Positions 10,010 through 24,940 of a DNA stretch of 64,000 nucleotides are shown here, piece by piece. A program made the position numbers and the translations under genes. Source of the stretch: Squalus acanthias (Eukaryota); NCBI GenBank assembly GCA_030390025.1, contig CM059425.1, positions 174,904,001 through 174,968,000 on the forward strand. The letters run 5' to 3'. A model generated the notes under the pieces. That model was not told the origin of the DNA. It searched no databases and worked only from the letters and a program-made list of their open reading frames with translations. Within the stretch, counting starts at the first letter, position 1. Every line of letters begins with the position of its first letter.

Positions 10010-11095
10010 TTTTGGATATGCCTGGTGCTGCTCCTGGCATGAAGAACACAGGACTACATACATGCTAAACAGCGGAAACAGCATGCTATAGACAGAGCTA
10101 AGCAATCCACAACCACTTCATTTTTAGGTAAAGTCTGGTGTTGCTCCTGGCATGTCCTTTTACAGTTATCACTGAATCGGGGTTGGTCCCCTGGCTTGAT
10201 GGGAGAGTGTGGAATATGCCGGGCCATGAGGTTACAGATTGTGCTGGAATGCAATTCTGCTGCTGCTGAATGCCCACAGCTTCATGGATGCCAGTTTTGA
10301 GCTGCTAGATCTGTTCTGAATCAATCCCATTTAGCACGGTGGTAGCGCCACACAACACGATGGAGGGTGTCCTCAGTGTGCGATGATTTCTCCCACCAAT
10401 ACCGTCCGGGACAGATGCATCTGCGACAGGTAGACTGGTGAGGGCAAGGTCAAGTAGGTTTTTACCTCGTCGATTCTTTCACCGCAGGCCCAGTCTGGCA
10501 GCCATGTCCTTCAGGACTTGGCCAGCTCGGTCAGTATTGGTGCTGCCGGTGGGACAGGACAAACCTAATGATGGTGTCGTCTGGAACGTTGGCTGAAAGG
10601 TCTGATTTGTGAATATGACTATCAGACTGTTGCGTGACCAGTTCCAATTTTGACACCAGTCCCCAGATGTTAGTGCGGAGGACTTTGCAGGGTTGGGTGT
10701 GCCTTTGTCGTGTCCAAATCCAGTGGATTTAAATTCCAGTGCCTAGGTTGATGCCAGGTGATCCTATTTTCACCTGGTTTTATTCTTATTGTTTTTCGTA
10801 GCGGTTTGATGGGCCATTTCAGAGAGCAGTCAATGGTCAACCACATTGCTGTGAGTCTGGAGTCACACACAGGCCAGACTGGGTAAGGATGGTAGATTTC
10901 CTTCCCTTGAAGGACATTAGTGAACCAGATGGGTTTTTACAGAAATCCGGTAGTTTCATGATCACCATTACTGATACTAGCTTTTTATTCCAGATTTACT
11001 TAATTAACTGAATTTAAATTCCCTCGCTTCCGTGGTGGGATTTGAACTCATGTCTCTGGATCATTAGTCCAGTAACATAACCATTATGCTACATA
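10010..11095 (-). mobile_element. Degraded 5'/endonuclease-region fragments of the second CR1-group LINE family
   Basis: Peptide IKPGDQP.F...C.R.CQEQHQ, contiguous in content with the end of the 6050-7900 copy; boundaries approximate. Confidence 0.6.
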
Positions 11096-14000
11096 ACATA
11101 AGAAATAAGAGCAGGAGTAGGCCATACGGCCCCTCGAGCCTACTCCCCATTCAATAAGATCATGGCTGATCATCGACCTCAACTCCACTTTCCCGCCCGA
11201 TCTCCATATCCCTTGATTCCCATACCGTACTCCTCTGACTGTCAACTTGGTTCAGTGGTAGCACTTCACCTCCAAATCAGAAATTGTGGATTCAATCCCC
11301 GTTCCAGGACTTCAGCTCAACACAGCTGACGCTGAGAGAGCACTGCCTTGTTGGAGCTGCCAACTTTCAGAGGAGACATGAAATCAAGGCTCCATCTACC
11401 TGTTCAGCTGGATGTAAAAGATCCCATGGCAGTATTCTACTGCTTGTCCCCGGCACCTCCAATATCACAGATTAAGCTTTTAGCCAAAACACCTGGCCCT
11501 CTGGAATACCCTTCCAAAGTCACATCTTTTTCTCTCTGCCTTATAAAGTCTTGTAAAAACCTATTGCTTTGACTGTGCCTTTGGTTTCATTTCCCTCTAC
11601 CTGCCCAGAATCATTTCATTTCACCTCTTCACCGTATAAACATTCTTTTACATGAAGAACACTATATATGAACTGCCTTGGAACATTTTACTAAGTTAAA
11701 GGCGCTAAATGCAAGTTTTTGTCAATATGGCTCAATTACTCACTCCCAAAGCCCGCTGAACCATTGGGATAACCTACTTTTATTTTGTAAATTGAGTTGC
11801 CAGTTTTGCCGTTTGTCCACTGGGAACTGGATTGAGGTCGTCTCAATTCACTTAATTTAAACTTCTGGTCAGAGAGATTTGCTCTTGATTACTCATCAAG
11901 ACTGGATTTAAACTCTGTGCCACGGATTCTGAATGATTGTTTTCACACACTGTTGCTTAGCTTCTGAGGTGCCATTCTTCCAGCTGGTTTGAAGGATCAG
12001 CTTCTGTTTGGTTTATGGTAGCAGCCCGTTATCTGGCCTCTCCTAATTTTCTATCATTTTCTTCTAAAGGTGGGCTGCCTCTGATATCTCATTCAAGTGT
12101 GTATTATTGTTTGAATTGAAATTATGTGTATTGACAGGACTTTTTGATCATGGGTTAGGAGGAAAGGGGGATATTGCAGTTGAACGAGATCCTGTTTCAA
12201 ATTTAAGTTTTGTAGTTGGATGCTGATTGATCGCTTCCTCCACCACTGCAATAATACTTGCTAGTTATAGCTCCCCCTAATCTCAAGCCCACTTGAGATT
12301 ATTTATTTCAGGATAAACTAGGGTTGGAACCTGTAATCTTCTTGATCTGTATGATTCAATTTCACATCATATGGTGCAAATACTGAGCCATTGAGGGAGC
12401 AGTGACAGTCCTACCTGAAGTAATACTGAGCTTAAAACTTTGACAACTTTCACTCTTCAATTATTTCTGCAAATTCTCTTCTGATTCTTTTTTTCATCCT
12501 TGTGCTTAACATTGTCACATTCATTGTCTACAGGTTGTTGACTTGAGAGGTCATCAATACCAGTGATGGCCTCCTCTATAAACTGCTGAGACCCAATCAT
12601 ATACTGCAAAGGCTTGTCAGTGGACAGCTTCAACATAGACTGCGCTCTTTCATTAGTAGTATTTAGTGGCCGAGAGCATGTTATCTAAGTAAGATGTCCT
12701 TGCTAGCATACATCTTGAGATACTAAGACTATTTCCACTGGAGCAGAGAAGGCTAAGGTGACATGTAACACAGGTTTTTAAAATAATGAAGAGTTTTGAT
12801 AGTGAAAAGGGAAAGACTGTTTCCTCTGGTTAAGGAGCCATTGATGCGGGGTCATTAATTTAAAAGGGTCACTAAGAGTGCAGAGAGATTAGGAGAAATT
12901 TCTTTACACTGAGGGTTATTGGAGCATGGAATGCTTTTCCACAGGAAGTGTTTGCGGCAGGGCCCATTACACCTTTTAAGGGAAAATTGAATAAACATTT
13001 GAAGCAGAGGATGATACAGGGCTTTGGGGAGAGAGAGAAGTGGGATTAGTTTTGGATTGCTCCAGCATAGAGCCAACACAGACACAATGGGCCAAATGGC
13101 TTGTCTCTGTACTGTAACTTCTGTGGTTCTTGGTATAATTTGGTATCTTACAAATCTATCTTTATTCTCTGCATTTCCTTGTCATTTTACTGTTCTTTTT
13201 CTCTTATGTTTGTACTGGTCTTGTGCGAATGAGGTCACTCATACTCTCACTATGCGCACTATCGCGCTCGCTCTCTCTCTCTTTTCCATTTACTCCATTT
13301 CATAACCTCCACTGCATTGCCTTTTCCCCTATCTTCCCAGAGTGCTCATGAACTGCAGCCAGGAGGATAGGCAATCCACTCTCAGAGCATCTACAATGTG
13401 GAAAATATATCCAGAGCTATACCTCCCTTCTTTTGCTTTTCCCCACCCCATGTAGAGATGCCTGACTTCTGCTCAGTGCTACCCTACAACAGAGCTGAGG
13501 AATTCAGTGCTATAGAAAATTACAAGACTAAACCCAGAGGACAATGCACATCCATATCTGTGTCTCATGTTCCAGCATCCTAGAAGCTTACTTTTGGAAT
13601 ACTAGATGGGTATAAGCATTACTGTGTCCTAGTGAAAACCAGTTTTAACCTGTGCTCTATATACCTCACTGCAGCAACTGGAATTATCCTCAGACTTCCT
13701 GGCAAATTGTATTACATCGTGGGGGAGAATAACTTGGAGAGATGCACATCCTGTCAGTTGCTTTAAAGACTGACATTGTCAACAACTGTGTAGACTATTT
13801 CTTTCCAGTGCTGTAGGATAGGGATGTGGTTACAACAGAAGACTTACAAATTGAAAAAGTTGGTTTCAATATAGAATTTGATCCAAATGATGCTGTTTGT
13901 TGCAAACTGCTTGTGGCATAACTTCACCAGCGGCTTCAATTAAGGGAGTGATTAACTCTAACGTATTTAAAGCTACTTTGATGTTCTTCTATGTGACACA

Positions 14001-14766
14001 AAGACCATTAAGGTTTTTGCTTCTGAAAGTAGCTCCTTTGATATATTTCTGAGGAAAGTGCATGCCATATTACATCTTCTAAATTAGTACCACAGATCAT
14101 GCAGTTATTAGAAGACATTCTCATGATGATAAATCACTCTGACGGTTCCTTTGGATGATTTAATACTTGTAGCTCTTCCATCTCGTATACTTTTATCTTT
14201 TCTCTCTAGTCCACACGTGGCCAAAGGCTATAACAACTTTTGTTCCAAATACAGCTCTGTTGCCTTGCAGAGTTGGAAATTGAATTTTTAACAGCAAATA
14301 AAAGCCTCTTTGAGGGAAACCGATAGGAACGAATGTTAGGAGGTGGAAGTAAGAAGAGAAACTGGTTGAGCGTGAAGGCGCTTCTTGCCTTGGGGTGAGT
14401 TCGTGGATTGAGAGTTAAGATGAATGACAGTGGAGCAAAGGGGAGGCGAGGAAACAAGGCTGAGTAGTTCAAAGGGGAAAAGTTAAGAAAAGCAGAGAGA
14501 GTGATTGGTTGGATAGGGAATGGATAGTGGGCAGATAAAGGGGTAGGGGATGTGATAGCATAGGAGTAGGGGGGAAGCACAAATGATTGGTGGTGGCGAT
14601 GGGAAGGGAGCCACTAAGGGCTGCAATTTCCCTGAAACGCTCACTCCAGATGCAGTCTGCAACTACTAGTGGCTCAATTTCTCCACCACACCACTTCTCT
14701 TTCTCCCTTCTCTTTTGCCGACTGCTCCTCTTCTATTTCTCTCTCTCTATTGGTTTCTTTCATCTT

Positions 14767-17700
14767 AACAACAACAACAACAACAACAACTTGTATTTAT
14801 ATAGCACCTTTAACATAGTAAAACGTCCCAAGGCGCTGCACAGGAGTAATTTAAGACATAAAATGTAATACTGATCCACATAAGGATAAATTAGGGCAGG
14901 TGACCAAAAACTTGGTCAAAGAGGTAGGTTTTAAGGAGCGTCTTAAAGGAGGAAAGAGAGGTAGCGAGGCGGACAGGTGTAGGCATGGAATTCGAGAGCT
15001 TAGGACCGAGGCAACACAAGGCACGGCCACCAAAGGTTGAGCGATTATAATCAGGGATCCTCAAGAGGGCAGAATTAGAGGAGCGCAGATATCTCGGGGG
15101 TGGGGTGGGTGGGGGGAGGGCTGAAGGAGATTACAGTGATAGGAAGGGGTGAGGCCATGAAGGGATTTGAAATCAAGGCGCTGCTTAACCGGGAGCCAGT
15201 GTAGGTCAGCGAGCACAGGGGTGATGGACGAGCAGGACTTGGTGGGAGTTAGGACACGGGCAGTCGAGTTTTGGATGACCTCAAGTTTACGTCGGGTGGA
15301 ATGTGGGAGGCCAGCCAGGAGTGCGTTGGAATAGTCAAGTCTAGAGGTAACAAAGGCATGGATGAGGGTTTCAGCAGCGGATGAGCTGAGGCAAGGGCAG
15401 AAACGGGCGATGTTACGGAGGTGGAAGTAGGCGGTCTTTGTTGTGCTGCGGATATGTGGTCGGAAGCTCATTTCAGGGTCAACTATGACACCAAGGTTAC
15501 GAACAGTGTGGTTCAGCCTCAGACAGATGTTAGGGAGAGGGATGGGGTCAGTGGCTAGGGAACGGAGTTTGTGGCGGGGACCGAAAACAATGGCTTCGGT
15601 TTTCCCAATATTTAATTGGAGAAAAATTTTGCTCATCCAGAACTGTATGTTGGACAAGCAGTCTGACAATTTAGACACCGTGGAGAGGTCGAGAGAAGAG
15701 GTAGTGAGGTAGAGCTGGGTGTCGTCAGCGTACATGTGGAAACTGACGCGCTGTGTTTTCAGATGATGTCGCCAAGGGGCAACATGTAGATGAGAAATAG
15801 GAGAGGGCCAAGGATAAATCGTTGGGGGACACCAGAGGTAACGGTGCAGGAGCGGGAAGAGAAGCTGTTGCAAGTGATTCTCTGGCTACGATTAGATAAA
15901 TAAGAATGGAACCAGGCGAGTGCAGTCCCACCCAGCTGGACGACGGTGGAGAGGCGTTGGAGAAGGATGGAGTGGTCAACCGTGTCAAAGGCTGCAGACA
16001 AGTAAAGAAGGACGAGGAGGGATAGTTTACCTTTGTCACAGTCATAAAGGATGTCATTTGTGACTTTGATGAGAGCCGTTTCAGTACTGTGGCAAGGGCA
16101 GAAACCTGATTGGAGGGATTCAAACATGGAATTGCGGGAAAGATGAGCACGGATTTGGGAGGCAACAACACGTTCAAGGACTTTGGCGAGTAAAGGGAGG
16201 TTGGAGATGGGATGGTAGTTTGCAAGGACGGAGGGATCAAGGTTTGGTTTTTTGAGGAGAGGGGTGATGACGGCAGATTTGAGGAAGAGGGGGACAGTAC
16301 CTGAGGAGAGAGAACTGTTAACAATATCAGCTAACATGGGAGCCAGAAAAGAAAGTTGGGTGGTCAGCAGTTTGGTGGGAATCTTCTTCTTGGGCAGTCC
16401 CTCGGAACCGAGGATGACTTGCTTCCACACTAAAAAATAGGGTCGAGGGAGCAGGAGGTGGGTCTCATAGACAAGATTAGCGCAGAGATGTCATATGGGG
16501 AGATTGGAGAGAAACTGGAGAAAGATGTGAGTTCAGGGCTAGGGCTGGGGGGAACCTTAGAGGAAGTTTGGCCCAGTGGGCTAGGGGAAGGAAGGGAAGT
16601 GGCAGAGGCAGCTGAACGGATGGTCTCAATCTTAGAGACAAAGAAGTCCATGAGCTCCTCACATTTGTTATCGGAGGTGAGGGTGCAGGAGACAGGGGAG
16701 AGGGGTTTAAGAAGACGGTCAGCAGTAGAGAATAGAAGCCAGGGTTTATCTTTGCATTCCAGAATGATTCTGGAATAGTGAGCAATTTTGGCAGACGAGA
16801 GCAGGGCCCGATAGTGCTTTATGTGGTCCAGCCAGATCTGCCGGTGAATGGCTAAACCAGTTGTCCGCCATATCCGTTCAAGTCCGCATCCCTTGGAATT
16901 AAGGGAGTGAAGATGAGAGCCGTACCAGGGGGAACGGCCAGGGTGAGAGAGAGTAATTGTTTTAGTTGGGACTAGGGCATCAAAGATAGTGGTGGGGGTG
17001 TGGTTGAGCAGATTGGTAGCTGCAGAAATGTCATGGTGAATGGAGGGCCAGAGGCTGGACAGTTGGGATTTCATAAGTGCAGTTGTAAGAGAGTTGGGAG
17101 AGAGTTTTTTCCAGGAGCGGACACAGAAGGAAGTAGGGTTGGTGGGGGGTGGGTGGAAGGGGGATGTGGGTGGAGAACGATACGAGAAAATGGTCAGAGA
17201 TGGCCTTATCTGCAATTGACACAATGGGAGTAGCGAGGCCACGAGAGATGGCAAGGTTGAGGGGGTGACCGTGAATATGGGTTGGGGAGTTTACATGGAG
17301 GGAGCGATTAAGGGAGGATAGGAGGCTCGTTAACTCAGAGGAGAGAGAGCATGATGAATTGAGATGGAGGTTGAAATCACCGAGGATGAGAAGTCGTTTG
17401 GTGCTGAGGGAGGAGAACAGTGATGATATCTCAGTAATAAAATTTTTATGGTACTTGGGTGGGCGGTAGAGAACAAGAATTTTAAATGAGAGGTGAGAGG
17501 GGTGGAATAAGGTGAGATGCTCAAAGGAGCAGAAAGTGCCGGAGGAATAGGGGGATAGACCAAGGTGTGATTTGGTGATGAGAGCCACACCGCCACCACG
17601 GCGGTCTGAGCGGGGCAAGTGGTGGAAGGTATAGCCAGGCGGGGAGGCTTCATTTCAGGGTAAGGTGTCATCACCCCTCAACCAAGTTTCCACCAGGGCC

Positions 17701-18100
17701 CTGATATCGATGCAGTCATCCACGATAAGCTCATGGATGGCAAGGGCCTTGTTCGCAAGTGAACGGACATTCTGGAGGGAGATGCGGAGAGGGTCGGTGA
17801 TGGCTGCCCCACTGCCAGCGTCCACAGGGTCAGCGCTGGGGGGGATGAGTTGAATGGGGAGGAGATTGGCAAGATTTGCCCCCAGTGGGTGCGCTGGGCA
17901 GGAAAGTCGGCATGAGAGTAGGATGGGACAGTTGGGGTTGCTGCTCGTAAGGCGGCAGCGATGAGTGCCTCGATGGGCCCTTCGTAGGATACCAAGAGAG
18001 GCACAGAGGGAAGCTGTGGGCTTATCTAAGAGGGAGTGAAGCCTGGGACGGCAGCAGGAGAGTAGGAAGGTCGAAGAGTAGCTCCCTTCCCATGTCCTCA
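14767..18100 (-). mobile_element. Long L2-clade LINE: AP endonuclease + reverse transcriptase, frameshifted
   Basis: APE motifs SLQNVRSLANK, VETWL, RRGGGVALI, LYRPP, ILGDFNLH; RT motifs FESLQSGF...HSTETAL, LSAAFDTVDH, SGVPQ, YADDTQLY; 3' tail (GTT)n read as (aac)8 at 14767-14790. Confidence 0.93.
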
Positions 18101-19847
18101 CCAAGTTCCTGTTGGTCCCATGTCATTTATTTGCATTTCCAAAATCCCTTCCCATTCCCACCACAACTCGCTCCATCCCTCTTGCTCCTTGTCACCTCTC
18201 TTCACCCTTAGACCTTTATCCACTCGCCCACTACCCCCTCGCTGCGTCCTCACCACCAATCCCTCCCCAAGGGTGAGTGGTAAGAGGTCCGTACCCTCCC
18301 TCTCAAGCCCATGCCCTCCCCTCCTCCCACATCCTTCCAGAGAAATCCTAACAACACCCCACCCCTGCCCCTCCTCCCATTGTAGTATCCATTGTTTCTC
18401 AAATGATTCCAGGATTTTTGCCTCCATCTGGAAGTTTGTTCCACACACCCTACCCAATCAGGCCATACAATTGGGTCATGTTAAAACATGTTAGCTTATC
18501 GTTTGCCAGTATACATTGCAGATATTGGAGCCATAATAAGCATTATGTTGGATTCTAATATCTCCAATTACATAGGGCATCTCAGACTGCTAGCACTGAA
18601 GCAACAGTAAAAGACACTTGCAATGTATTTATCTTTCGAAACACAAAGTACTGGAACAATTTGGTCTTATATCTTTCTAACATACATAATATATAATCAT
18701 CTAACACATAACATTTTTAACTCCATCATGTGCTTGCCAAACTAAAATGTTGCTGTTCAGAATCTCCAACTGAGTCAATGATATTCACATCTCAGTTTGC
18801 TTACGTGGCCAGTTGCAGGTAAAAAGGAAATTATACAATATCATAAATGCCCCTTTTATTATAAAGCAGCGATTCCTCTGATTCACTGTCAGCAACACCA
18901 TATCTACAATATCTGATTAAAAATCTTATCTCTGTGTGCACTTCTTTTCTGCACAACATGACTTCCTGTTGTCACACTTTTTTGTGTCAATTTTTTCTCA
19001 TTATAAATTCCTGTGTCCACATTTATAATAGATGTTGCCTATGTAAACTCATCACTCTATGAATTCTGGTCATCAGGTTTCCACAAGTTGCCCAGAATGC
19101 TATTTGAAATTGTTTTATCTACCATTTTGTCTCAATAACTGAAATTTCTAATGTACAAAATCAGGGATTAAATAAAACAATACATACATCACAATAACAT
19201 GATTACATTTGAATTTTCTTTTGAGTTTTCCATGCCTTTATTGGCGTTTTTACTTCAAGGGCTCAGTCTCTCCCAAAAGCCTGATCTTGGATTTGATGCT
19301 TTAGTGCAGTGACTATTTAAGCTGAATTTGGATTGTGCAGTTTACTTAGCATGGTGAGCAGATTATTGGTGAGTAACTATTCACTTGATAGCACTATTGT
19401 TGACTCCTGTCATCACTTTGCTGGTGATTGAGAGTAGGGTAGATGATTGGCTAGGTTGGATTGGCGTACTTTTTGTCGACAGGACATACCTGGGCAATTT
19501 TCCACATTGTGGGCGAAATGCCAGTGTTGTAGCTGTACTGGAACAGATTGGCAAGAGGTATAACTATTTCTAGATCACAAGTCTTCAATACCATTCAACC
19601 AACTATATTGACAGAATATTTTTCATTAGCTTTTCGCAGTAAGTAGCTATATGTGCAGCTGCTTTTTGATTTACATAAAAGTATTCAATTCAGTCCCACC
19701 CTTGGTGAGTGCGAGGCTGGAACTTAAATTCATCACTATGGTTAAAATTAGACTTTTTTTGAGATCTATAGACATTTTTCTCCACCTAGGGAGCCCAAGT
19801 TAGTTGCAATGCTGACTCTATGCCTGCAGATGCTGTCACTGAGGGGC

Positions 19848-21090
19848 ATAAGAACATAAGAAATAGGAGCAGGAGTAGGCCATTTGGCCCTTCAAGCCTG
19901 CTCTGCCATTCAATAAGATCATGGCTGATCTCGACAGGCTCAGTGAGTGGGCGAGATCATGGCAGATGGAATATAATGTGGATAAATGTGAAGTTATCCA
20001 CTTTGGTAGAAAAAACAGAAAGGCAGAGTATTTCCTAAATGGTGAAAGATTGGGGAATGCAGATGCTCAAAGGGACCTGGGTGTCCTTGTACATGAGTCA
20101 CTGAAAGTGAATGTGCAGGTGCAGCAAGCCACTAGGAAGGCAAATGGTATGCTGGCATTCATTACAAGAGGATTTGAGTGCAGGAGTAAAGAAGTCTTAC
20201 TCCAATTATATAGGGCCTTGGTGAGACCACACCTGGAGTACTGTGTACAATTTTGGTCTCCTTACCTAAGGAAGGATATACTTGCCATAGAGGGAGTGCA
20301 ACGAAGGTTCACGAGATTGATTCCTGGGATGGCGGGACTGTCGTATGAGAAGAGATTGAGTAAACTAGGCCTGTATTCTCTTGAATTTAGAAGAATGAGA
20401 GGGGATCTCATTGAAGCATACAAAATTGTTACAGGGCTTGATCGGGTGGATGCTGGGAGAATGTTTCCCTTGGCTGGGGAGTCTAGAACCAGGGACCACA
20501 GCCTCAGGATAAAGGGTAGGCCATTCAGGACTGAGATAAGAAGAAATTTCTTCACACAGAGGGTGGTGAATCTTTGGAATTCTCTACCCCAGAGGGCGGT
20601 GGAGGCTCAGTCATTGGGTATATTCAAAACACAAGTCGATAGATTTCTGACTAATAAGGGCATCAAGGGATATGGCGATAGGGCCGGTGAATGGAGTTGA
20701 GGCAGAAGATCAGCCATGATCTCATTGAATGGCAGAGCAGCCTCAAAGGGCTGAATGGCCTACTCCTGCTCCTGTTTCTTATGTTCTTATGACCCCTGGT
20801 TCTAGACTCCCCAGCCAGTGGAAACATCCTCCCTGCATCTACCCTGTCAAGCCCTGTAAGAATTTTGTATGTTTCAATGAGATCACCTCTCATTCTTCTA
20901 AACTCTAGAGAATATAGGCCTAGTCTACTCAATCTGTCCTCATAGGACAATCCCCCCATCCCAGGAACTAGTCTGGTGAACCTTCATTCCACTCCCTCTA
21001 TGGCAAGTATATCCTTCCTTAGGGAAGGAGACCAAAACTGTACACAATGCTCCAGGTGTGGTCTCACCAGGGCCATATATAATTGCAGTG
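19848..21090. mobile_element. CR1 cluster: - strand 3' tail (19848-19930), + strand 3' fragment (19931-20790), - strand fragment (20791-21090)
   Basis: ORF 19921-20700 with WQMEYNVDKCEVIHFG, LVRPHLEYCVQFWSP, RGDLIE; ttcttatg tail repeats. Confidence 0.92.
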
Positions 21091-24060
21091 CATAGATGAG
21101 AAAGAGGGGGTAGAAGATGGACCCTTGGAGAACACTGCAGGTGACGGTGTCGGGAGGGAAGAGAAGCTGTAGTTGATGATGCACTCACTGCATTTGGATC
21201 ATTTAGAAATAGAACCATGTAAGACCAGTCCCATTTTACTGGACATTGGAGGAACCATAGTGAATACTGCAAAGTGTTTGAGGAGGTTAAGTTGGGATAA
21301 GACACCACAGTCACAAAGGATGTCATTCAACAGCAAAAACTTGCATTTATATGGTACCTTTAACACAGAAAAACCTCCCTGGATCCTTCAGAAAAGCGTA
21401 ACCAGATAAAAATTGACACTGAGCCAAAGAGATGTTAGCAGTGATGACTAAAAGCTTGGTCAAAGAGGTAACTGGAAGAAATTGCATCTCATCCAGGACT
21501 GGATGCCGGACAAGTAGTGAAACAACACAACAACCTGCATTTATATAGAACCTTTATCGTAGTAAAACATCCTAAGGCACTTTGCAGGAGTGTTATCAAA
21601 CAAAGTTTGACACCGAGCCACGTAAGGAGATATTAGGACAGGAAAGAGGTAGGTTTTAAGGAGCATCTTGAAGGAGGAGAGAGAGGTAAAGAGGCGGCAA
21701 GGTTTAGGGACACAGGTATTGGAGAGGTTGGGACAGGTGGTGGAACTGAGTATCATCAACATACCTGTGGAACCAGACCCCATGAGAGAGAAACTGGATA
21801 GCACCAGCCTGCTGGCGTGAACTGAAAACAGGAAACGATCCCTGCGCTGAAACAGTTTGGCCCCAGGCTTGGTCGAAATTAGACCACCGAGCTGCAGGTG
21901 CCTGCTGTGCATCCCCAGACAGTTCGCCAGCAAAGCAGACATCAATTTGCAACAACCCTCAGGAATTTCTGGGTTCGGGGGGATGGCGGTGGAGGGAGGC
22001 GATCGTGAGAGGGCAGAGCAGGTGCTGGCAGTGGCCTTTGGTCCTGCTGTGGCACCCCATCCATTATTAAACTCTGATTGACCAGAGACTCTGATTACTT
22101 AACAACAATTAGACTTTGTGTCTTTATTGGGTGTAGTTTCACCTTAGCATAAGAATAATACATTGTGCATTACATGGCATAGAGCTGCTGTCTTTACAAA
22201 ACAGCATGACGTTTACATTAACATAAGAAATGCCATGGTAGATTCAATGACAGAAAATAAGGAATTGCATGACTTGTTTAACTGTTCCAAAAGTAAGTTA
22301 AGTGCATTATAACTATACAGTTTCTCTTTGTTTGCAAGGTGTTTATTACTTGCTGAGATTGAAAAGGAAGAGAAGGAAAAGGATTGGTACTATGCACAGC
22401 TTCAAAATCTCACGAAGAGGATTGATAATCTCCCTCTCACAGAAAATGTAAGTTAAGCTGAATTTCTGCTAATTTTGCTAAGGTAATTTATTATATAGAT
22501 AGGAACATGTAATTTTGTAAACATTCCTAAATTATTAGCTAAATAAACTCTAATCTGTAATTTTTCATTCCATTACAATGGTATAACATTATCTCGAACC
22601 TTTTAGCTTTGTTACATTGTGACCAAGGGCACTACAACATGAAAAATGTACATTTCTAGCACCTTTAATCTAATGAAACATCTCCAGAGATAAAAATTAC
22701 CAGATACCAAGCAGTGGTGGGAGAAAAGATAGGAGTGGTGCATGAAGGCTTAATCAGAGATAGATTTTGCGAAGGCTGTTGAACGGAAGACCAAGCAAGA
22801 CTTTAGAGAGAGAATCCTGAGTGTGCCGACTGAGATCGTTGAAGGGTTTGTTGCTGAAGATGACATGGAAGGTGAGAAGTCTGTAAGGGAGGGTGAAGGC
22901 CGAAGATCAAAGGATGTGTGCAAAACCTAAGAGTAAATTGCAAAGATGGGGAAGGGTGAGGCCATGTCGGGACTTCTAGATGAGGGCAAAGAATTTGAAA
23001 TCAATGCATTGGGGAATAGTGAGCCGATTAATGTCTCTGAGGACAGAGGTAGTCGGGGAATGGGACGTAGTGTGGGCAATGGAATTTGGATAAGTATCAA
23101 TTTATTAAGGGAGGAACTCGGGAGGCCAGCCAGAAAGAGACTGTTGGACTTCTAAAGTCTGGAGGCAATAAAAGCTATGGCAAGAGTTTCAACAATAGTG
23201 CTGCAGACGTAAGCATAGATGTGGACCATGTTGCATAGGTGAAAATAGGGGTCATGGTGATGGCTAGGATGCAGGGTTTGAGGCTCAGCTTAGGGTCGAA
23301 CAGGTCTCGCTGTGAACAAGCAGCCAAGGAGAGGAATGAAGTCAGGCTAATGTGTCAATTTTTTTGTCAGGAGCAAAATAGATTGGCTTCAGTTTTACCC
23401 ATGTTGAGTTGAAGCATGTTCTTTGTCATCCAGGACTTAAATGCTGTACAGTGGAGGTTGAGGAATCGAGGTTGTTAGAAGAAGGTGGAGCTAGGTTTCG
23501 TCAATATACAAGTGAAAGCTGACCTCATGCCTATGAATTATGTAGACAAAGAAAAGGGGACCAGGAATGTAGCCTTGGGGACACCTAATGACTGAACAAG
23601 GGGAGGCAAAGAGTCATTACAGGAGATCTTCTAATTTTGTTTGGACAAGTAGGAGTAGAACCAAACTAGGGCAGTGCCACGGAGGTGGACCACACAGGAG
23701 CTAGGAGGAGAATGGAGTGGTTGACTGGGTCAAACACCAAGACAAGAATGAGGAGTGATAGCACACCACAGTTATAGCTACAAAGGATATTACTGGACTT
23801 GGACCACGATATTTCAGTGCTGTAGGGAGGCAGAAACTATTGAAGGAATTCAAAGAGGGAGTGATGAGAGAGATGGGCATATAACTGAGTGCCGATGACG
23901 CATTCAAGGGGGGTGGCAAGAGCAGTCAAGTGCACAGGAGGTGGGTCTAATGGAGGAGATGAACTTTGTAAGGGTGGAACAGAGGGTAGAAGCTGTAGAG
24001 TGATGTGGGCTGGGGGACGGTGGTCAGGGATGGGGAAGATGCAGCTGAGGCAACTGAGCC
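21091..24060 (-). mobile_element. Several old L2 fragments surrounding the 22339-22447 exon
   Basis: Repeated L2 3'-tail motif ttgcatttatat...ttggtcaaagaggta at about 21340, 21535 and 22650; YVDDTQ-like remnant; boundaries approximate. Confidence 0.6.
22339..22447 (+). CDS. APC: APC coding exon (109 bp)
   Basis: tttgcaag|G acceptor, AAT|gtaagt donor; CLLLAEIEKEEKEKDWYYAQLQNLTKRIDNLPLTEN including the NES-like LTKRIDxLPL; phase continues the previous exon. Confidence 0.97.
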
Positions 24061-24940
24061 TATGGTCTTAATTTTGACAGGAAGAATTATTTCAGCTCCT
24101 CACAGTTGGTATTGGAAGTCAAGATGGGGAGCACAAAGAATGGAAATTGGCGAAGTAATTTTTCCATCAAGAGGAGCCTGGCATTGTCTTTGCCCTCCAT
24201 AGTGAACCTGTAGTAGTAGAAGGATATATATGTGGGGGAGGGCCAGGGTGTTGTTTTAGATGATCGAACCAGAACTGGTGATGAACAACCAAGTAAGTCT
24301 TGCATTAGGTGCAAACTTGACTGTGGCCCTCAGGTTTATGAGTACCAAGATGGTGAAATAGAGATGTGGTTGTGATCCTGGACTCATAACTCAGAGGTTG
24401 CGAGTTCTAATCTCACCATGGCAAATTATGAAATTGAATTTAATAAATCTGGTAATTTGTGGGCTATTGGGTGATTTCCTACCTTTTATTTAGTGCAAGT
24501 TAGTGTCAATGTAAAGTATTAATGTGTTAGATCTTGAAAAGGGTTTTTGAACTGCTACTATGATCCGAATTTAAATCCAGTCTGGGTTGTTGAGGCAGAA
24601 TCTCCTACTACCTTGTTCAGATTGACTTCCATGCATAGAGATAAATGTGTAATAAACCTGATGTCAGATGAAGGTCAGACAATTACACAAAGAAATTGTA
24701 TACATGTAATGTCATAAATTGTACAAATTTCATCTTAAAATTATGAAAGCTTATCAAGCACTGAAATACATCAAAGTAATCCATAAGTAGCAATTTATTA
24801 ATTACACCAAGTGCCAGCTTGGAACAGTGCCTCTGAGTCAAAAAAATTCACTTCAAGTCCTGCTACCGACTTCAGTACATAATCTAAGCTGACACTTCAA
24901 TAGGAGTGCTACTGAGGTGTTGATTTTTGGATGAGACATT

